From Syntrophales bacterium (GTDB taxonomy: Bacteria; Desulfobacterota; Syntrophia; Syntrophales; UBA4778), in the NCBI GenBank assembly GCA_963665615.2, contig CAXXQE010000006.1, forward strand, positions 310,001 through 374,000: 64,000 nucleotides of DNA. Reading direction: 5' to 3'. A model generated the notes under the pieces. That model was not told where the DNA came from and did no database searches. It saw nothing but the letters and a program-made list of their open reading frames with translations. Below, piece after piece: positions 43,209 through 53,952 of this stretch. How positions within the stretch are numbered: the stretch's first letter is position 1; each line of letters starts with the position of its first letter. Both the position numbers and the translations under genes were made by a program.

Positions 43209-43527
43209 ACTATATCCTCCCTTTTATAATTATTGTTTTCTCTTATCATAGGAACCTGTTACCCTCAAAGAAAATAGCGGGGCGGGCCAGCCTCATCTTC
43301 CTGGTTTGATTGTCCAGCTTCCGTTCTCTTTCCATTCTTTTGGGTTCTGTGCCAATCTGCTGAAGACTGGCGGAGCATGCGCGATGCATAGCGCCTTACG
43401 CATCTGTAAAAGCCATTATCCACTTTTTACTTCTTTTTTCGCATCTCAAATATCTCCCGGCCCTCCGGCATTCCTTTTTATCTTTTCAAAACGTGATGTT
43501 GTAGAACGGGCTTCCTGTAAATGCCAT

Positions 43528-43543
43528 CGGCACAAATTATGCT
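43528..43543 (+). promoter_or_regulatory. Putative sigma54 promoter upstream of the nuo operon
   Basis: CGGCACAAATTATGCT (GG-N10-GC), ~115 bp upstream of nuoA. Confidence 0.5.
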
Positions 43544-43598
43544 AAAAGGCGGATTGACATGAATATTCATAAAAGGGTCACGACCCTTTTCTAAAATC

Positions 43599-43642
43599 GC
43601 ATTGAAGACTCGCCGGCGCAAGCGCCGGCGAGTCTTCAATGC
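43599..43642. repeat. REP-like family A, perfect short palindrome
   Basis: gcattgaagactcgccggcgc-aa-gcgccggcgagtcttcaatgc, with 21-bp arms. Confidence 0.8.
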
Positions 43643-43656
43643 CAAAGGCTTTAGAC

Positions 43657-44010
43657 ATGATTAACTATTTACCGATCGTTCTCTATCTCTTTGTAGCAGT
43701 CGGTTTCGCCGTTGTTACCGTTTGCCTTTCTACCATCCTGGGGCCCAGAAAGCCTGAAAAATTGAAACTCGAAACGTATGAATGCGGCATGCAACCGATC
43801 GGTCCCAACAGGATACGCTTTGCCATCAAATTCTACATCATCGCCATGCTTTTCATCGTATTCGACATTGAATCGGTTTTCCTCTTTCCCTGGGCGCTCA
43901 TATTCAGACAACTGAAGTTTTTTGGAATCGTTGAAATGGGCATTTTCTTTGTCATCCTGTTCATCGGTCTGGCCTATGTGTGGCGCAAGGGAGCCTTGGA
44001 ATGGGACTAG
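43657..44010 (+). CDS. nuoA: Complex I subunit A
   Basis: [18 protein letters not shown] and WRKGALEW motifs. Confidence 0.95.
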   Translation: MINYLPIVLYLFVAVGFAVVTVCLSTILGPRKPEKLKLETYECGMQPIGPNRIRFAIKFYIIAMLFIVFDIESVFLFPWALIFRQLKFFGIVEMGIFFVILFIGLAYVWRKGALEWD

Positions 44011-44522
44011 AAACATGCTTAGGCAATGAGCGCGATGAAGGCGTGATCGTAACCTCCATGGAAAAGGCGATCAACTGGGCGCGCAAGAGCTCCTTGTGGC
44101 CCTGCACCTTCGGGCTGGCCTGCTGTGCCCTGGAGATGATCGACATGGCCTTGTCGCCCTATGATCTTTCCCGCTTCGGCATGGAGGTCTTCCGGCCTTC
44201 CCCTCGCCAGGCCGACCTCATGATTGTGGCGGGAACGGTGACCAAAAAAATGCTGCCCGCGGTATTGCGCATTTATGCGCAGATGGCGGAACCCAAATGG
44301 GTCATCGCCATGGGGGCGTGCGCATGCACAGGGGGCGTCTTTCGCTCCTATGCGGTGGTTCAGGGCATCGATCAGTACCTTCCTGTCGACATCTATATCC
44401 CCGGTTGCCCGCCCCGTCCGGAGGCGCTCATTGACGGCATCCTCAAGTTGCACGACAAGATCATGCTGGAAAAGCCTCTGCGTATCGGCGCGGCAATTCA
44501 AAAAGAGGGCTGTAAACCATGA
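44001..44522 (+). CDS. nuoB: Complex I subunit B
   Basis: [21 protein letters not shown] and IPGCPPRPE motifs. Confidence 0.95.
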   Translation: MGLETCLGNERDEGVIVTSMEKAINWARKSSLWPCTFGLACCALEMIDMALSPYDLSRFGMEVFRPSPRQADLMIVAGTVTKKMLPAVLRIYAQMAEPKWVIAMGACACTGGVFRSYAVVQGIDQYLPVDIYIPGCPPRPEALIDGILKLHDKIMLEKPLRIGAAIQKEGCKP

Positions 44523-44977
44523 TGGATGTGAAGAAACTTCGAGCGGCATTCCCGGACGCGATTTTGAACGTGGAAGAATCCAGGGGGGATGTCGCTCTCA
44601 CGATCGACAGGGAGGCGTTGCTTCCGGTATGCGCTTTTCTGCGCGATGATCCGGACTATTGTTTTCGCTTTCTCGTAGATGTCACCGCAGTGGATCATAA
44701 AGACGCCTCTACCCGCTTTGTCGCGGTGTATCACTTGCTGTCCCATGAACACAACCAGAGGCTTCGCCTCAAAGTGCCTTTGGACAACGAGACGCCGGAA
44801 ATCGAGTCGGTGGTCGGGATCTGGCCAACGGCAAACTGGCATGAACGGGAAGCCTACGACTTGCTGGGCATTCAATTTCTGAATCATCCCGACCTTCGAC
44901 GCATTCTTCTTCCCTACCACTGGAATTGTCACCCCCTGAGAAAGGATTATCCGCTGGAAGGCAACGCAGAGGAATGA
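44519..44977 (+). CDS. nuoC: Complex I subunit C
   Basis: [24 protein letters not shown] and HPLRKDYP motifs. Confidence 0.95.
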   Translation: MMDVKKLRAAFPDAILNVEESRGDVALTIDREALLPVCAFLRDDPDYCFRFLVDVTAVDHKDASTRFVAVYHLLSHEHNQRLRLKVPLDNETPEIESVVGIWPTANWHEREAYDLLGIQFLNHPDLRRILLPYHWNCHPLRKDYPLEGNAEE

Positions 44978-45066
44978 ACACACGGCTTTTGTTGACTCGT
45001 GATGCGATCCGGCAAAGAAGAAAATCGGAGACTCCCAAAAAAGATGCGCCGTCGGTTACCCCGCGG

Positions 45067-45096
45067 CCTGCCCGTGCGTGACCGCGCGCAGACAGG
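45067..45096. repeat. 30-bp hairpin (family C) nested in a REP-like palindrome
   Basis: cctgcccgtgcgtgaccgcgcgcagacagg inside ccccgcgg...caagccacggg. Similar to 59431-59460. Confidence 0.65.
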
Positions 45097-45148
45097 CAAG
45101 CCACGGGCCATGAGCGTTCCGAAGAATTCATAACCTATAAGGCCAAGT

Positions 45149-46285
45149 ATGAAACAAGAGGAAATAAAGTCTGAAGCAGTACAGCCGGTGTACGACGCGG
45201 AGATCATGGAGATCAACATGGGTCCCCATCACCCTTCGACCCACGGCGTTTTTCGCGCGGTCGTGGATCTGGACGGAGAAACCGTCGTGAAGGTGACACC
45301 GCATCTCGGTTATCTGCATCGCGGCATCGAGAAGATAGCGGAAAACCGGACGTACCATCAGATCATCCCTTTGACGGACCGGCTTGATTACATGGCCGGG
45401 GCATCCAACAATCTCGGCTACTGTCTGGCCGTTGAGAAGCTGATGGACATGGAGGTTCCCCTGCGGGCGCAGTACATCCGCGTGATCATCACCGAACTCA
45501 GCCGCATTTCCAGTCATCTCTTCTGGGCGGGCGCCACGGCGCACGATCTGGGTGCGATGACCCCTTTCTTCTATATGGTGAGAGAGCGGGAGCAGATTCT
45601 CTTTCTCCTGGAAATGGTCGCCGGCGCCCGTTTGACGCCGACCTATTTCCGGATCGGCGGTGTGGCGATGGATCTTCCCCCTGAATTCACCGGCGACTGC
45701 ATGAAATTCCTGAAGGCCTTTCCGCCGCGCATCGATGAATATGAAGCGCTGCTGACGGAAAATATTATCTGGAAATACCGCACGAAAGGCGTGGGAATGC
45801 TTTCGGCGGAGGATTGTATCCGATTTGGCGTCTCAGGTCCCATGGCAAGAGCCGCAGGAATCGATTGGGATCTGCGCAAGAATCAGCCCTATTCCGGTTA
45901 TGAGCGGTTCGATTTTAAAACCGCCGTCTATTACGGATGCGATGCCTACGACCGTTACCGCGTGCGCATGATGGAACTGCGTCAGAGCACGGAAATCATC
46001 CGTCAGGCGTTGGAAGGGTTGCCGGAGGGCGATCCCAAGGCAACGATAAGCAAGAACATCAGGCCGCCGGCCGGCGAAGCGTATGCGGCCATCGAGGCGC
46101 CACGCGGCGAACTGGGATTCTATATCGTCAGCGACGGCACGGCCCAGCCCTTCCGTATGAAAGTGCGCGCGCCCACCTTTGTCAATTTGCAGGCTTTGCC
46201 CAAGATGAGTGAGGGACGGCTCTTCTCCGATATGGTATCGGCTCTGGCCAGTGTGGATCTGGTATTAGCGGAGGTAGACCGCTGA
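45149..46285 (+). CDS. nuoD: Complex I subunit D
   Basis: NMGPHHPSTHGV, GYLHRGIEK, DRLDY, EAPRGELG and C-terminal EVDR. No NiFe CxxC motifs. Confidence 0.95.
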   Translation: MKQEEIKSEAVQPVYDAEIMEINMGPHHPSTHGVFRAVVDLDGETVVKVTPHLGYLHRGIEKIAENRTYHQIIPLTDRLDYMAGASNNLGYCLAVEKLMDMEVPLRAQYIRVIITELSRISSHLFWAGATAHDLGAMTPFFYMVREREQILFLLEMVAGARLTPTYFRIGGVAMDLPPEFTGDCMKFLKAFPPRIDEYEALLTENIIWKYRTKGVGMLSAEDCIRFGVSGPMARAAGIDWDLRKNQPYSGYERFDFKTAVYYGCDAYDRYRVRMMELRQSTEIIRQALEGLPEGDPKATISKNIRPPAGEAYAAIEAPRGELGFYIVSDGTAQPFRMKVRAPTFVNLQALPKMSEGRLFSDMVSALASVDLVLAEVDR

Positions 46286-46292
46286 GGGGACG

Positions 46293-47387
46293 ATGATTGA
46301 ATCGAATTTGAATTTCATGGCGTCATTTATATTGATTGTAGTGAAGATCGGGGTGTTCTTCGCCGTTTTCATGTTGACTCTGGCTTACACCACCCTCCTG
46401 GAGAGGCGTTTTCTCGGGTTCTTCCAGGAACGCCACGGGCCGAATCGTGTCGGCTGGGAGGGGCTGCTGCAGCCCGTTGCCGACGGCATCAAGATGCTGC
46501 TGAAGGAAGACATAACCGTATCGGGAGCGAACAAGGCCGTCTATATGACAGCGCCTATTGTATGTGTTGTCGGGGCCTTGATGACGTTTGCCGTCATTCC
46601 TTTCGGAGATGTCATCTGGCCCGCGACGATGCAGATCGGCGGCAAGGTGTATGACTTTACCCTGGCGAACGCCAATCGCGGGGTCATTGCCGACGTCAAT
46701 GTGGCCGTGCTGATCATCCTGGGCATTTCCTCCGTCGGCATCTACGGGTTGATCATGGCCGGCTGGAGCTCCAACAACAAGTATTCCCTGCTGGGTGGCA
46801 TACGGGCTTCGGCCGTCATGATCAGCTACGAACTGGCTGCCGGGCTGGCGATCATCGGACTCATCATGATGTCCGGCTCGATGAGCCTGATGGATATCGT
46901 GCAATATCAGGGCGGCTATTGGTTCGGCTTCATTCCCAAGTGGTTTTGCTTCAAGCAGCCTCTGGCTTTCGTCATTTTTCTGATTTCCATCTTTGCCGAA
47001 ACAGGGCGAACCCCTTTCGACTTTACGGAGTGCGAAAATGAAATCGTCGCGGGCTACCAGACAGAATACAGCTCCATGAAATTCGCCCTGTTCTATCTGG
47101 CGGAATACGGACACACGCTGGCGGCCAGCGCCCTGACCGTGACTTTTTTCTTCGGCGGCTGGCAGGGACCGTTTTTGGATGTGCCCGAACTGAGGTACTT
47201 CCTCCCCATTCTCTATTTCTCTGCGAAGACCTTTCTCGTTGTCTTTTTCTTCATCTGGGTGCGGGCCACTTTCCCCAGGCTTCGCTATGACCTTTTGATG
47301 AAGATGGAATGGAAGTTTTTGTTGCCGGCGACACTGGCGAATATCCTCGTCACCGCGGTCGTCATGGAACTCTTGGGTAATTTGTAA
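46293..47387 (+). CDS. nuoH: Complex I subunit H
   Basis: GPNRVG, QPVADGIK, ISYE, RTPFD and PRLRYD motifs. Confidence 0.95.
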   Translation: MIESNLNFMASFILIVVKIGVFFAVFMLTLAYTTLLERRFLGFFQERHGPNRVGWEGLLQPVADGIKMLLKEDITVSGANKAVYMTAPIVCVVGALMTFAVIPFGDVIWPATMQIGGKVYDFTLANANRGVIADVNVAVLIILGISSVGIYGLIMAGWSSNNKYSLLGGIRASAVMISYELAAGLAIIGLIMMSGSMSLMDIVQYQGGYWFGFIPKWFCFKQPLAFVIFLISIFAETGRTPFDFTECENEIVAGYQTEYSSMKFALFYLAEYGHTLAASALTVTFFFGGWQGPFLDVPELRYFLPILYFSAKTFLVVFFFIWVRATFPRLRYDLLMKMEWKFLLPATLANILVTAVVMELLGNL

Positions 47388-47414
47388 TACCGCAGAACAG
47401 CGATAAAGACAGGC

Positions 47415-47825
47415 ATGATCATGGTAATGGCACTGGCAAAAGGATTGGCACTCACGTTCAAGACGCTCTTTCGTCCCCGGATAACCCTGCAGTATCCTGA
47501 AGAGAAGAAAGTCATGTATGACCGGTGGCGGGGACGTCCGTATCTGACAAAGGCAGACAACGGGCAGGAACGCTGTATCGCCTGTCATATCTGCGCCCAG
47601 AGATGTCCGGCGCAGGCGATCAAGATCACGTCGGGAAAGCGGGAAGACAACAGCCGTTTTCCGGTGCGATTCGAACTGGACCTCGGCCGTTGCATCTTTT
47701 GCAGTTTTTGCGCGCAGAGTTGTCCCAAGGACGCCATCAGAATGAGCCACGCCTATGAACTGGCCGTCGGAGAAAAAGGAGCGCTGGTGCTTTCCAAAGA
47801 AAATCTTTTGGAACGTCCGGAATAA
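47415..47825 (+). CDS. nuoI: Complex I subunit I
   Basis: TLQYPEE, CIACHICAQRCP and CIFCSFCAQSCP motifs. Confidence 0.95.
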   Translation: MIMVMALAKGLALTFKTLFRPRITLQYPEEKKVMYDRWRGRPYLTKADNGQERCIACHICAQRCPAQAIKITSGKREDNSRFPVRFELDLGRCIFCSFCAQSCPKDAIRMSHAYELAVGEKGALVLSKENLLERPE

Positions 47826-47842
47826 AGTGAAGGATTGCTGAA

Positions 47843-48403
47843 ATGGAATTGTTTCTGTTTGTCGTCGTTGCCGGGATTACACTGTTATCGAGTTTTCTGG
47901 TGGTGTTTCAGAGGAATTCTTTTTACTCTGCCCTGTTTCTGATCCTCACCTTTATCGCCATGGCCGGCCTGTATCTGATGCTCGGCGCTGAATTCATCGC
48001 GCTCATTCAGATTCTCGTTTATGCCGGCGCCATCATGGTGCTCTTCCTTTTTGTGATCATGTTTCTCAATCTGGACAAGGAAAAGCGGGAATGGATCACG
48101 ACGCAGAAGAAACAAAAATACTTCAGCTTCGTTGTCGTCGCCATCCTGGTCGCTACCATCATAACGGGAATATCCGCCTCACTCTTTTACAGTCACGTCC
48201 AAGCAGGACCCCAGGGGGGATTCGCTTCAAAAACGACAACGCAATCGAACAATACAGCGGCCATTTCTTCGCTGCTGTTTACAGACTATCTTCTGCCTTT
48301 TGAAATTACCTCCATTCTGCTTCTGGTCGCGATGACAGGCGTCGTCTACCTGTCCAAGCGCTCCAAAAAGAAAGCGCCGGATCCTTCCGGGGGAAGCAGA
48401 TAA
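47843..48403 (+). CDS. nuoJ: Complex I subunit J
   Basis: [18 protein letters not shown] and YLLPFE motifs. Confidence 0.95.
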   Translation: MELFLFVVVAGITLLSSFLVVFQRNSFYSALFLILTFIAMAGLYLMLGAEFIALIQILVYAGAIMVLFLFVIMFLNLDKEKREWITTQKKQKYFSFVVVAILVATIITGISASLFYSHVQAGPQGGFASKTTTQSNNTAAISSLLFTDYLLPFEITSILLLVAMTGVVYLSKRSKKKAPDPSGGSR

Positions 48404-48441
48404 GATCAAGGGACACTAAAATTCTAGAACAGGAAAAAACG

Positions 48442-48744
48442 ATGATTCCCATGGGTTACTATCTAACGCTCAGCACCCTTATCTTCGGGCTAGGGGTTCT
48501 GGGGGTGTTGCTGCGACGCAACGCCCTGGTTATTTTTATGTCCATCGAGCTCATGTTCAATGCGGTGAATTTGACCTTCATCACGCTGTCGAGCTACCTG
48601 AAAACGCTTCACGGACAGATTTGCGTATTCTTTGTCATGACGGTGTCCGCGGCCGAAGTCGCTGTGGGACTGGCCATTATCATGTTGCTTTTCCGAAATT
48701 GGGGAACGACCAACATCGACCGCATCAACCTGTTGAAAGGGTAA
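48442..48744 (+). CDS. nuoK: Complex I subunit K
   Basis: RRNAL...SIELM.NA and AAEVAVGLA motifs. Confidence 0.95.
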   Translation: MIPMGYYLTLSTLIFGLGVLGVLLRRNALVIFMSIELMFNAVNLTFITLSSYLKTLHGQICVFFVMTVSAAEVAVGLAIIMLLFRNWGTTNIDRINLLKG

Positions 48745-48757
48745 GGGGGCGTTCGCA

Positions 48758-50725
48758 ATGCACCAATATGTCTGGCTGATCCCCGTTTTTCCCTTATTAG
48801 GGGTCTTAATCAATGGATTGTTCGGGCACAGGCTGCCCAGAAAAGCGGTGGGGCCGATCGCCTGCATCGCCATCGGGCTTTCGGCGATTTTGTCGACGCT
48901 GATCTTTCTTGAAGTGAAGGCCCTGCCCCCGGAGGCGCGCATCCTGAAGGATGTCATCACGTATACCTGGATGGCCGCTGGTCATTTTTCCGTCAATATC
49001 GGCTTTCTGGTAGATCCCCTCTCCCTGGTCATGCTTCTGATCGTCACCTGGGTGAGCCTGTTCATCCATATCTATTCCATCGGATATATGCACGACGATC
49101 CCGGCTACGCCCGTTATTTTACCGAACTCAATCTGTTTGTCTTCTTCATGCTGATCCTGGTTTCCGCCAACAACTTTCTGATGATGTTTGTCGGTTGGGA
49201 GGGCGTGGGGCTATGCTCCTACCTGCTCATCGGCTTCTGGTATGAGAAAAAATCGGCCACCGATGCGGGGAACAAGGCCTTCATCATGAACAGGATCGGC
49301 GACTTCGGTTTTCTCGTGGGGATCTTCGGCATCTTCTCCATGACGGGCACCCTGAATTTCCAGGACGTGTCTGCCAGGGCGCCGGAGATCTTTTCATATG
49401 GCGGCGTAGAGATCACCCTGATCACGCTTGCCCTCTTTCTGGGCGCGACGGGCAAGTCCGCACAGTTGCCCCTTTACACCTGGCTGCCCGATGCGATGGA
49501 GGGCCCCACGCCGGTTTCCGCGCTCATTCATGCCGCGACAATGGTCACTGCCGGCGTATACATGATCGCGCGGACGAACGTTCTTTTCACGATGGCGCCC
49601 GTTTCGCTTCTCGTCGTGGGAATCGTCGGCGCTGCGACCGCGCTTTACGCCGCCACGATCGGCATGACGCAGTTCGATATCAAGAGAGTGCTGGCCTATT
49701 CCACTGTAAGCCAGCTGGGCTATATGTTTCTGGCCTGCGGCGTCGGCGCGTTCTCCATCGGGATCTTTCACCTGATGATGCATGCCTTCTTCAAGGCCCT
49801 CCTTTTTATGGGCGCCGGCAGCGTCATGCATGCCCTTGCCGGTGAATTGGACATGCGCAAGATGGGCGCGCTTCGCAAGGCCATGCCCCACACGTACCGC
49901 ACGTTTCTGATCGGCAGTCTGGCCATCGCCGGCATTCCGCCCCTGGCCGGTTTTTTCAGCAAGGATGAAATCCTCAATCGCGCATTCAGCGCCGAGAGCC
50001 CGTTCTGGAGCATGGGCGTGACGCTCTGGCTCATCGGTCTTATCGCGGCGCTTATCACGGCGTTCTATATGTTCCGCATGGTATTCATGACGTTCTACGG
50101 GACGAGCCGTCTGGATCCTCATGTCGCCGCACACCTCCATGAATCGCCGGCGGTGATGACCGCGCCCCTCTGGATTCTGGCCGTTCTTTCGATCGTCGGC
50201 GGCTGGATCGGCGTCCCCTGGATCGCCAGCCTGAACCTGCTTCCGCAATGGTTGGCGCCGGTGATGAAAGGCAAAACAGCGGGTCAGATAGCGTTAGCAG
50301 CACCGTCCCATATGGCTCACGCCTCGCTGCATGCGGAGCTTGCGCTGGCCCTGCTCTCTGTAGTGATCGCGGTGATCGGCATCTTGATTGCCCGAAAATT
50401 GTATTGCGGGGAGTCAAAACTTCCCGAACGTCTGGCCAGCGGCCGTTTTGCGCCCGTCTACCGTCTGGTTCTGGATAAATACAGGATCGACGAGCTGTAT
50501 CGGCGTCTGTTCGTTTTGCCCACCCTTTGGGTTTCGGAAAAGCTGCTGTCGCAAGGGCTGGATAGTAAAGTCATCGACGGCGCCGTCAACGGCATTGCCG
50601 CTATAGCCCAAAGATGGGGCGGCAGGACGCAGCAACTGCAGACGGGCTATGCGCAAAACTATGCCCTGATGATCGTGATCGGCGCCATGCTGCTCTTCTC
50701 CTATCTGTTATTCATTTTAACTTGA
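48758..50725 (+). CDS. nuoL: Complex I subunit L
   Basis: GWEGVG, KSAQLPL..WLPDAMEGPTPVSALIHAATMV and HAFFKALLF motifs. Confidence 0.95.
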   Translation: MHQYVWLIPVFPLLGVLINGLFGHRLPRKAVGPIACIAIGLSAILSTLIFLEVKALPPEARILKDVITYTWMAAGHFSVNIGFLVDPLSLVMLLIVTWVSLFIHIYSIGYMHDDPGYARYFTELNLFVFFMLILVSANNFLMMFVGWEGVGLCSYLLIGFWYEKKSATDAGNKAFIMNRIGDFGFLVGIFGIFSMTGTLNFQDVSARAPEIFSYGGVEITLITLALFLGATGKSAQLPLYTWLPDAMEGPTPVSALIHAATMVTAGVYMIARTNVLFTMAPVSLLVVGIVGAATALYAATIGMTQFDIKRVLAYSTVSQLGYMFLACGVGAFSIGIFHLMMHAFFKALLFMGAGSVMHALAGELDMRKMGALRKAMPHTYRTFLIGSLAIAGIPPLAGFFSKDEILNRAFSAESPFWSMGVTLWLIGLIAALITAFYMFRMVFMTFYGTSRLDPHVAAHLHESPAVMTAPLWILAVLSIVGGWIGVPWIASLNLLPQWLAPVMKGKTAGQIALAAPSHMAHASLHAELALALLSVVIAVIGILIARKLYCGESKLPERLASGRFAPVYRLVLDKYRIDELYRRLFVLPTLWVSEKLLSQGLDSKVIDGAVNGIAAIAQRWGGRTQQLQTGYAQNYALMIVIGAMLLFSYLLFILT

Positions 50726-50787
50726 ACCATTTGTATAAAACGGCCCTTTGAGATGGGCTCAAACCGTCTAATGAAGGAACCTTCCTC

Positions 50788-52368
50788 ATGAGTCATTATT
50801 TGTTGACAACCATCACCTTTCTTCCCCTGCTGGGCGCGCTGTTTCTCATTTTCATGAGGAAGGAAAGCGAGCGCACGCTGAAGCTCGTCACGCTTGTGGT
50901 CACGCTGCTGACCTTTTTGTTTTCCCTTCTTCTGCTCAAAAACTTCAATCTCGATACCCCGGATGTGCAGTTTGTAGAGACATATGCGTGGATCCCGGAC
51001 TACGGCATCAGTTATTTCGTGGGTCTCGACGGCCTGACGTTATTGCTGGTGATGCTGACCACGTTTTTCACGCCCATCTGCGTGCTGGCTTGCTGGGAAG
51101 ATATCAGGACGCGGGTGAAGGAATTCATGATCTGCCTGCTGTTGCTGGAGACCGGTATGATCGGCACCTTCGTTTCTCTTGATGTGTTTCTCTTCTACGT
51201 GTTCTGGGAGGTCATGCTGATTCCCATGTACCTCCTGATCGGCATCTGGGGCAATCCCGCCAGGCGGATATACGCAGCCGTCAAGTTCTTTATCTTCACC
51301 ATGTTCGGCAGCGTGCTCATGCTGGTCGCCATCCTGTACCTGTATTTCCAATACCACGCGGCGACAGGGATTTACTCATTCAATATCTTCGATCTCTATA
51401 CCACCGTCTTGCCGCGTTCGACGCAGTTGTGGCTGTTCCTCGGCTTTTCGCTGGCCTTTGCCATCAAGGTTCCCATGTTCCCCTTTCATACCTGGTTGCC
51501 TGATGCCCACACGGAGGCGCCCACGGTGGGGAGTGTGCTGCTGGCAGCGGTACTTCTGAAAATGGGGGCCTACGGATTTCTGCGTTTCAGTCTGCCGCTG
51601 TTTCCGAATGCGGCTCTGGATTACGGCGCCTGGATCTTTTTGTCGCTGGCCTTGATTGGAATCATTTACGGCGCGTGGGTTTGCATCGTGCAAAAAGACC
51701 TGAAGCGCCTGATCGCCTTTTCCAGTATCAGCCACCTCGGTTTCGTCATGCTGGGGATTTTTGCGTTTAACGCCACGGCCATGGAAGGGGCTGTCCTGCA
51801 GATGGTCAACCATGGCCTGTCCACCGGCGCCCTCTTTTTGATTGTCGGCATGATTTATGAGCGCCGGCATACTCGGCTGATTGCCGAGTTCGGCGGGCTT
51901 GCCGGCGCGATGAAGGCATTTGCGGTCGTTTTCCTGATCGTAACGCTGTCGTCTATCGGCCTGCCGGGGTTAAACGGTTTTGTCGGCGAGTTCCTGATCC
52001 TGCTGGGCACGTTTGAAAAATACAAGGTCTATTCCGTCATCGGCGCTTCCGGCGTGATTTTTGCCGCCGTCTATATGCTCTGGATGTTTCAGCGTGTCAT
52101 GTACGGTGAAATAACGAATCCAAAAAATAAGGGGCTGAAAGATCTCTCCAAACGCGAGTGGGGTGTGCTGCTCCCGATCCTCCTTCTTATTTTCTGGATC
52201 GGACTGTATCCTGCGCCGTTCTTGCGCACGACCGAGGCTTCCGTGAAAAACCTCTTGCATCAGATTGATAAAAAATACGCGGCCGTTGCGACTGCGGAAA
52301 AGCAGGACGCTTATTGCCTGTCCCAGAATGACGTGCCACCGTCTTTCCCTTTATTAAGCAGGCCATAA
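50788..52368 (+). CDS. nuoM: Complex I subunit M
   Basis: FYVFWE, FHTWLPDAHTEAP, LLKMG.YG and GLPGLNGFVGEF motifs. Confidence 0.95.
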   Translation: MSHYLLTTITFLPLLGALFLIFMRKESERTLKLVTLVVTLLTFLFSLLLLKNFNLDTPDVQFVETYAWIPDYGISYFVGLDGLTLLLVMLTTFFTPICVLACWEDIRTRVKEFMICLLLLETGMIGTFVSLDVFLFYVFWEVMLIPMYLLIGIWGNPARRIYAAVKFFIFTMFGSVLMLVAILYLYFQYHAATGIYSFNIFDLYTTVLPRSTQLWLFLGFSLAFAIKVPMFPFHTWLPDAHTEAPTVGSVLLAAVLLKMGAYGFLRFSLPLFPNAALDYGAWIFLSLALIGIIYGAWVCIVQKDLKRLIAFSSISHLGFVMLGIFAFNATAMEGAVLQMVNHGLSTGALFLIVGMIYERRHTRLIAEFGGLAGAMKAFAVVFLIVTLSSIGLPGLNGFVGEFLILLGTFEKYKVYSVIGASGVIFAAVYMLWMFQRVMYGEITNPKNKGLKDLSKREWGVLLPILLLIFWIGLYPAPFLRTTEASVKNLLHQIDKKYAAVATAEKQDAYCLSQNDVPPSFPLLSRP

Positions 52369-52420
52369 TAGAAAAGACGGGATGAAGGCCGGAAACAGTA
52401 TTTTCTATTATGGCCTGATT
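52358..52420. repeat. Repeat family B, palindromic copy overlapping the nuoM stop
   Basis: caggccataatagaaaa...ttttctattatggcctg arms. Shares sequence with 26845-26888. Confidence 0.65.
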
Positions 52421-52487
52421 TATAACAGAAAAACGTTAAGCGGCCGATTGCTTGAGCGCAAGCCGCATCCGTGGAGGATACCATAAA

Positions 52488-53947
52488 ATGAATATCATTA
52501 TTCCTGTGATAAACTGGGCCAGCTTTTCCCGGAACTCGTCATCTCGATCACCGCGATGACGCTGCTTCTCATGGGGGCATTCTATCCCAGAGTATCCGGC
52601 GCTGTTGCTGCGGGGATAAGTCTGCTGGGGGTCTTGATAAGTTTTTCGATCAATGCGTCTCTATGGGGACGTTCGGAACTCGCTTTTGCCAATATGCTTG
52701 CCCTTGACAACTATCATCTCTTTTTCAATGGCCTCTTCCTGATTTGCACAGCGCTGACCCTGTTGGCCTCGATCGATTACCTCGGGAAATGCGAAGGCCG
52801 CGTGGAGTATGGAGAATATTTCAGTCTTCTCCTGTTTTCATGCGTCGGCATGATGTTCATGGCGGCAGGCACGGATCTGATCACCATCTTCCTCGGCCTC
52901 GAGACGATGTCCATCGCCATCTATATCCTGGCAGCATTTGTAAAAAAAGATGTCAGGGGCAATGAGGCGGCCCTCAAGTATTTGCTGCTGGGCGCCTTTT
53001 CTACGGGTTTTCTGCTTTTCGGAATTGCGCTGATCTTCGGCGCTGCGGGTTCGACCAACCTTGTGGCAATCTGCCGGTCCCTCAAGACGACGGCCGCTAT
53101 GACGGAACCCATGCTGCTTTTCGGCATGGGGTTCCTGATCGTGGGATTCGGATTCAAAATCGCCTCGGTGCCGTTCCACATGTGGACGCCGGACGTCTAC
53201 GAAGGCGCGCCGACCGTCGTTACCGCCTTCATGTCTGTCGGGGTGAAGGCGGCGGCCTTTGCCTCTTTTCTGCGTGTCTTCGTATACGCGTTGCCCGCAG
53301 TGCATCCTCATTGGACCGCGATTGTATCGGTGCTTGCGGTATTGACGATGACCGTCGGGAATCTTGCCGCGCTTCTGCAGGAGAATATCAAGCGCATGCT
53401 TGCCTATTCCAGCATCGCCCATGCCGGCTACCTCATGATAGGCCTGGTTGCAGCCGATATGGGCAGATACAGCATCCTGTATTATCTGATGGCCTATGCC
53501 TTTATGAATATAGGCGTATTTATCGTCGTCATCCTCTATGGACGCAAGATAGAGGATAATCTGAATATCAAAGACTATGCGGGGATGGGGTACAGATATC
53601 CGGTATTGGGCGCGGCCATGACCATTTTCATGTTTTCTCTGGCGGGAATCCCGCCTACCGCCGGCTTTGTAGGGAAATTTTATCTCTTTGCGGCGGCGAT
53701 CAAAAGCGGATTTGTCGGCCTGGCCATCATCGGCGTCCTCAACAGTGTGCTGTCCGTCTATTATTATCTGCGCGTAACGGTCATGATTTACATGAAGGAA
53801 CCGACCGAAGAGACGCCCAGTCTGACGTTCTCACGGCCCGCCACCCTGGCGACAACCATTGCGGCGATGGCGACAATGATCCTGGGAATATTCCCGGGAT
53901 CATTTATCGCCCTTGCGCGTCAATCTGTATCTATCTTTCTGGGTTAA
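52488..53947 (+). CDS. nuoN: Complex I subunit N, with an apparent 1-bp deletion near 52524-52530 (intact frame from 52556)
   Basis: EAALKY, FKIASVPFHMWTPDVYEGAP, KRMLAYSSIAHAGY and SLAGIPP motifs. A GGAGG RBS and ATG at 52488 lie out of frame with ...PELVISITAM. Confidence 0.9.
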
Positions 53948-53952
53948 AGACG

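Noticed and set aside
45149..46285. NuoD/NuoB considered as a group 4 [NiFe]-hydrogenase
   Set aside because: The large subunit lacks both CxxC Ni-binding motifs.
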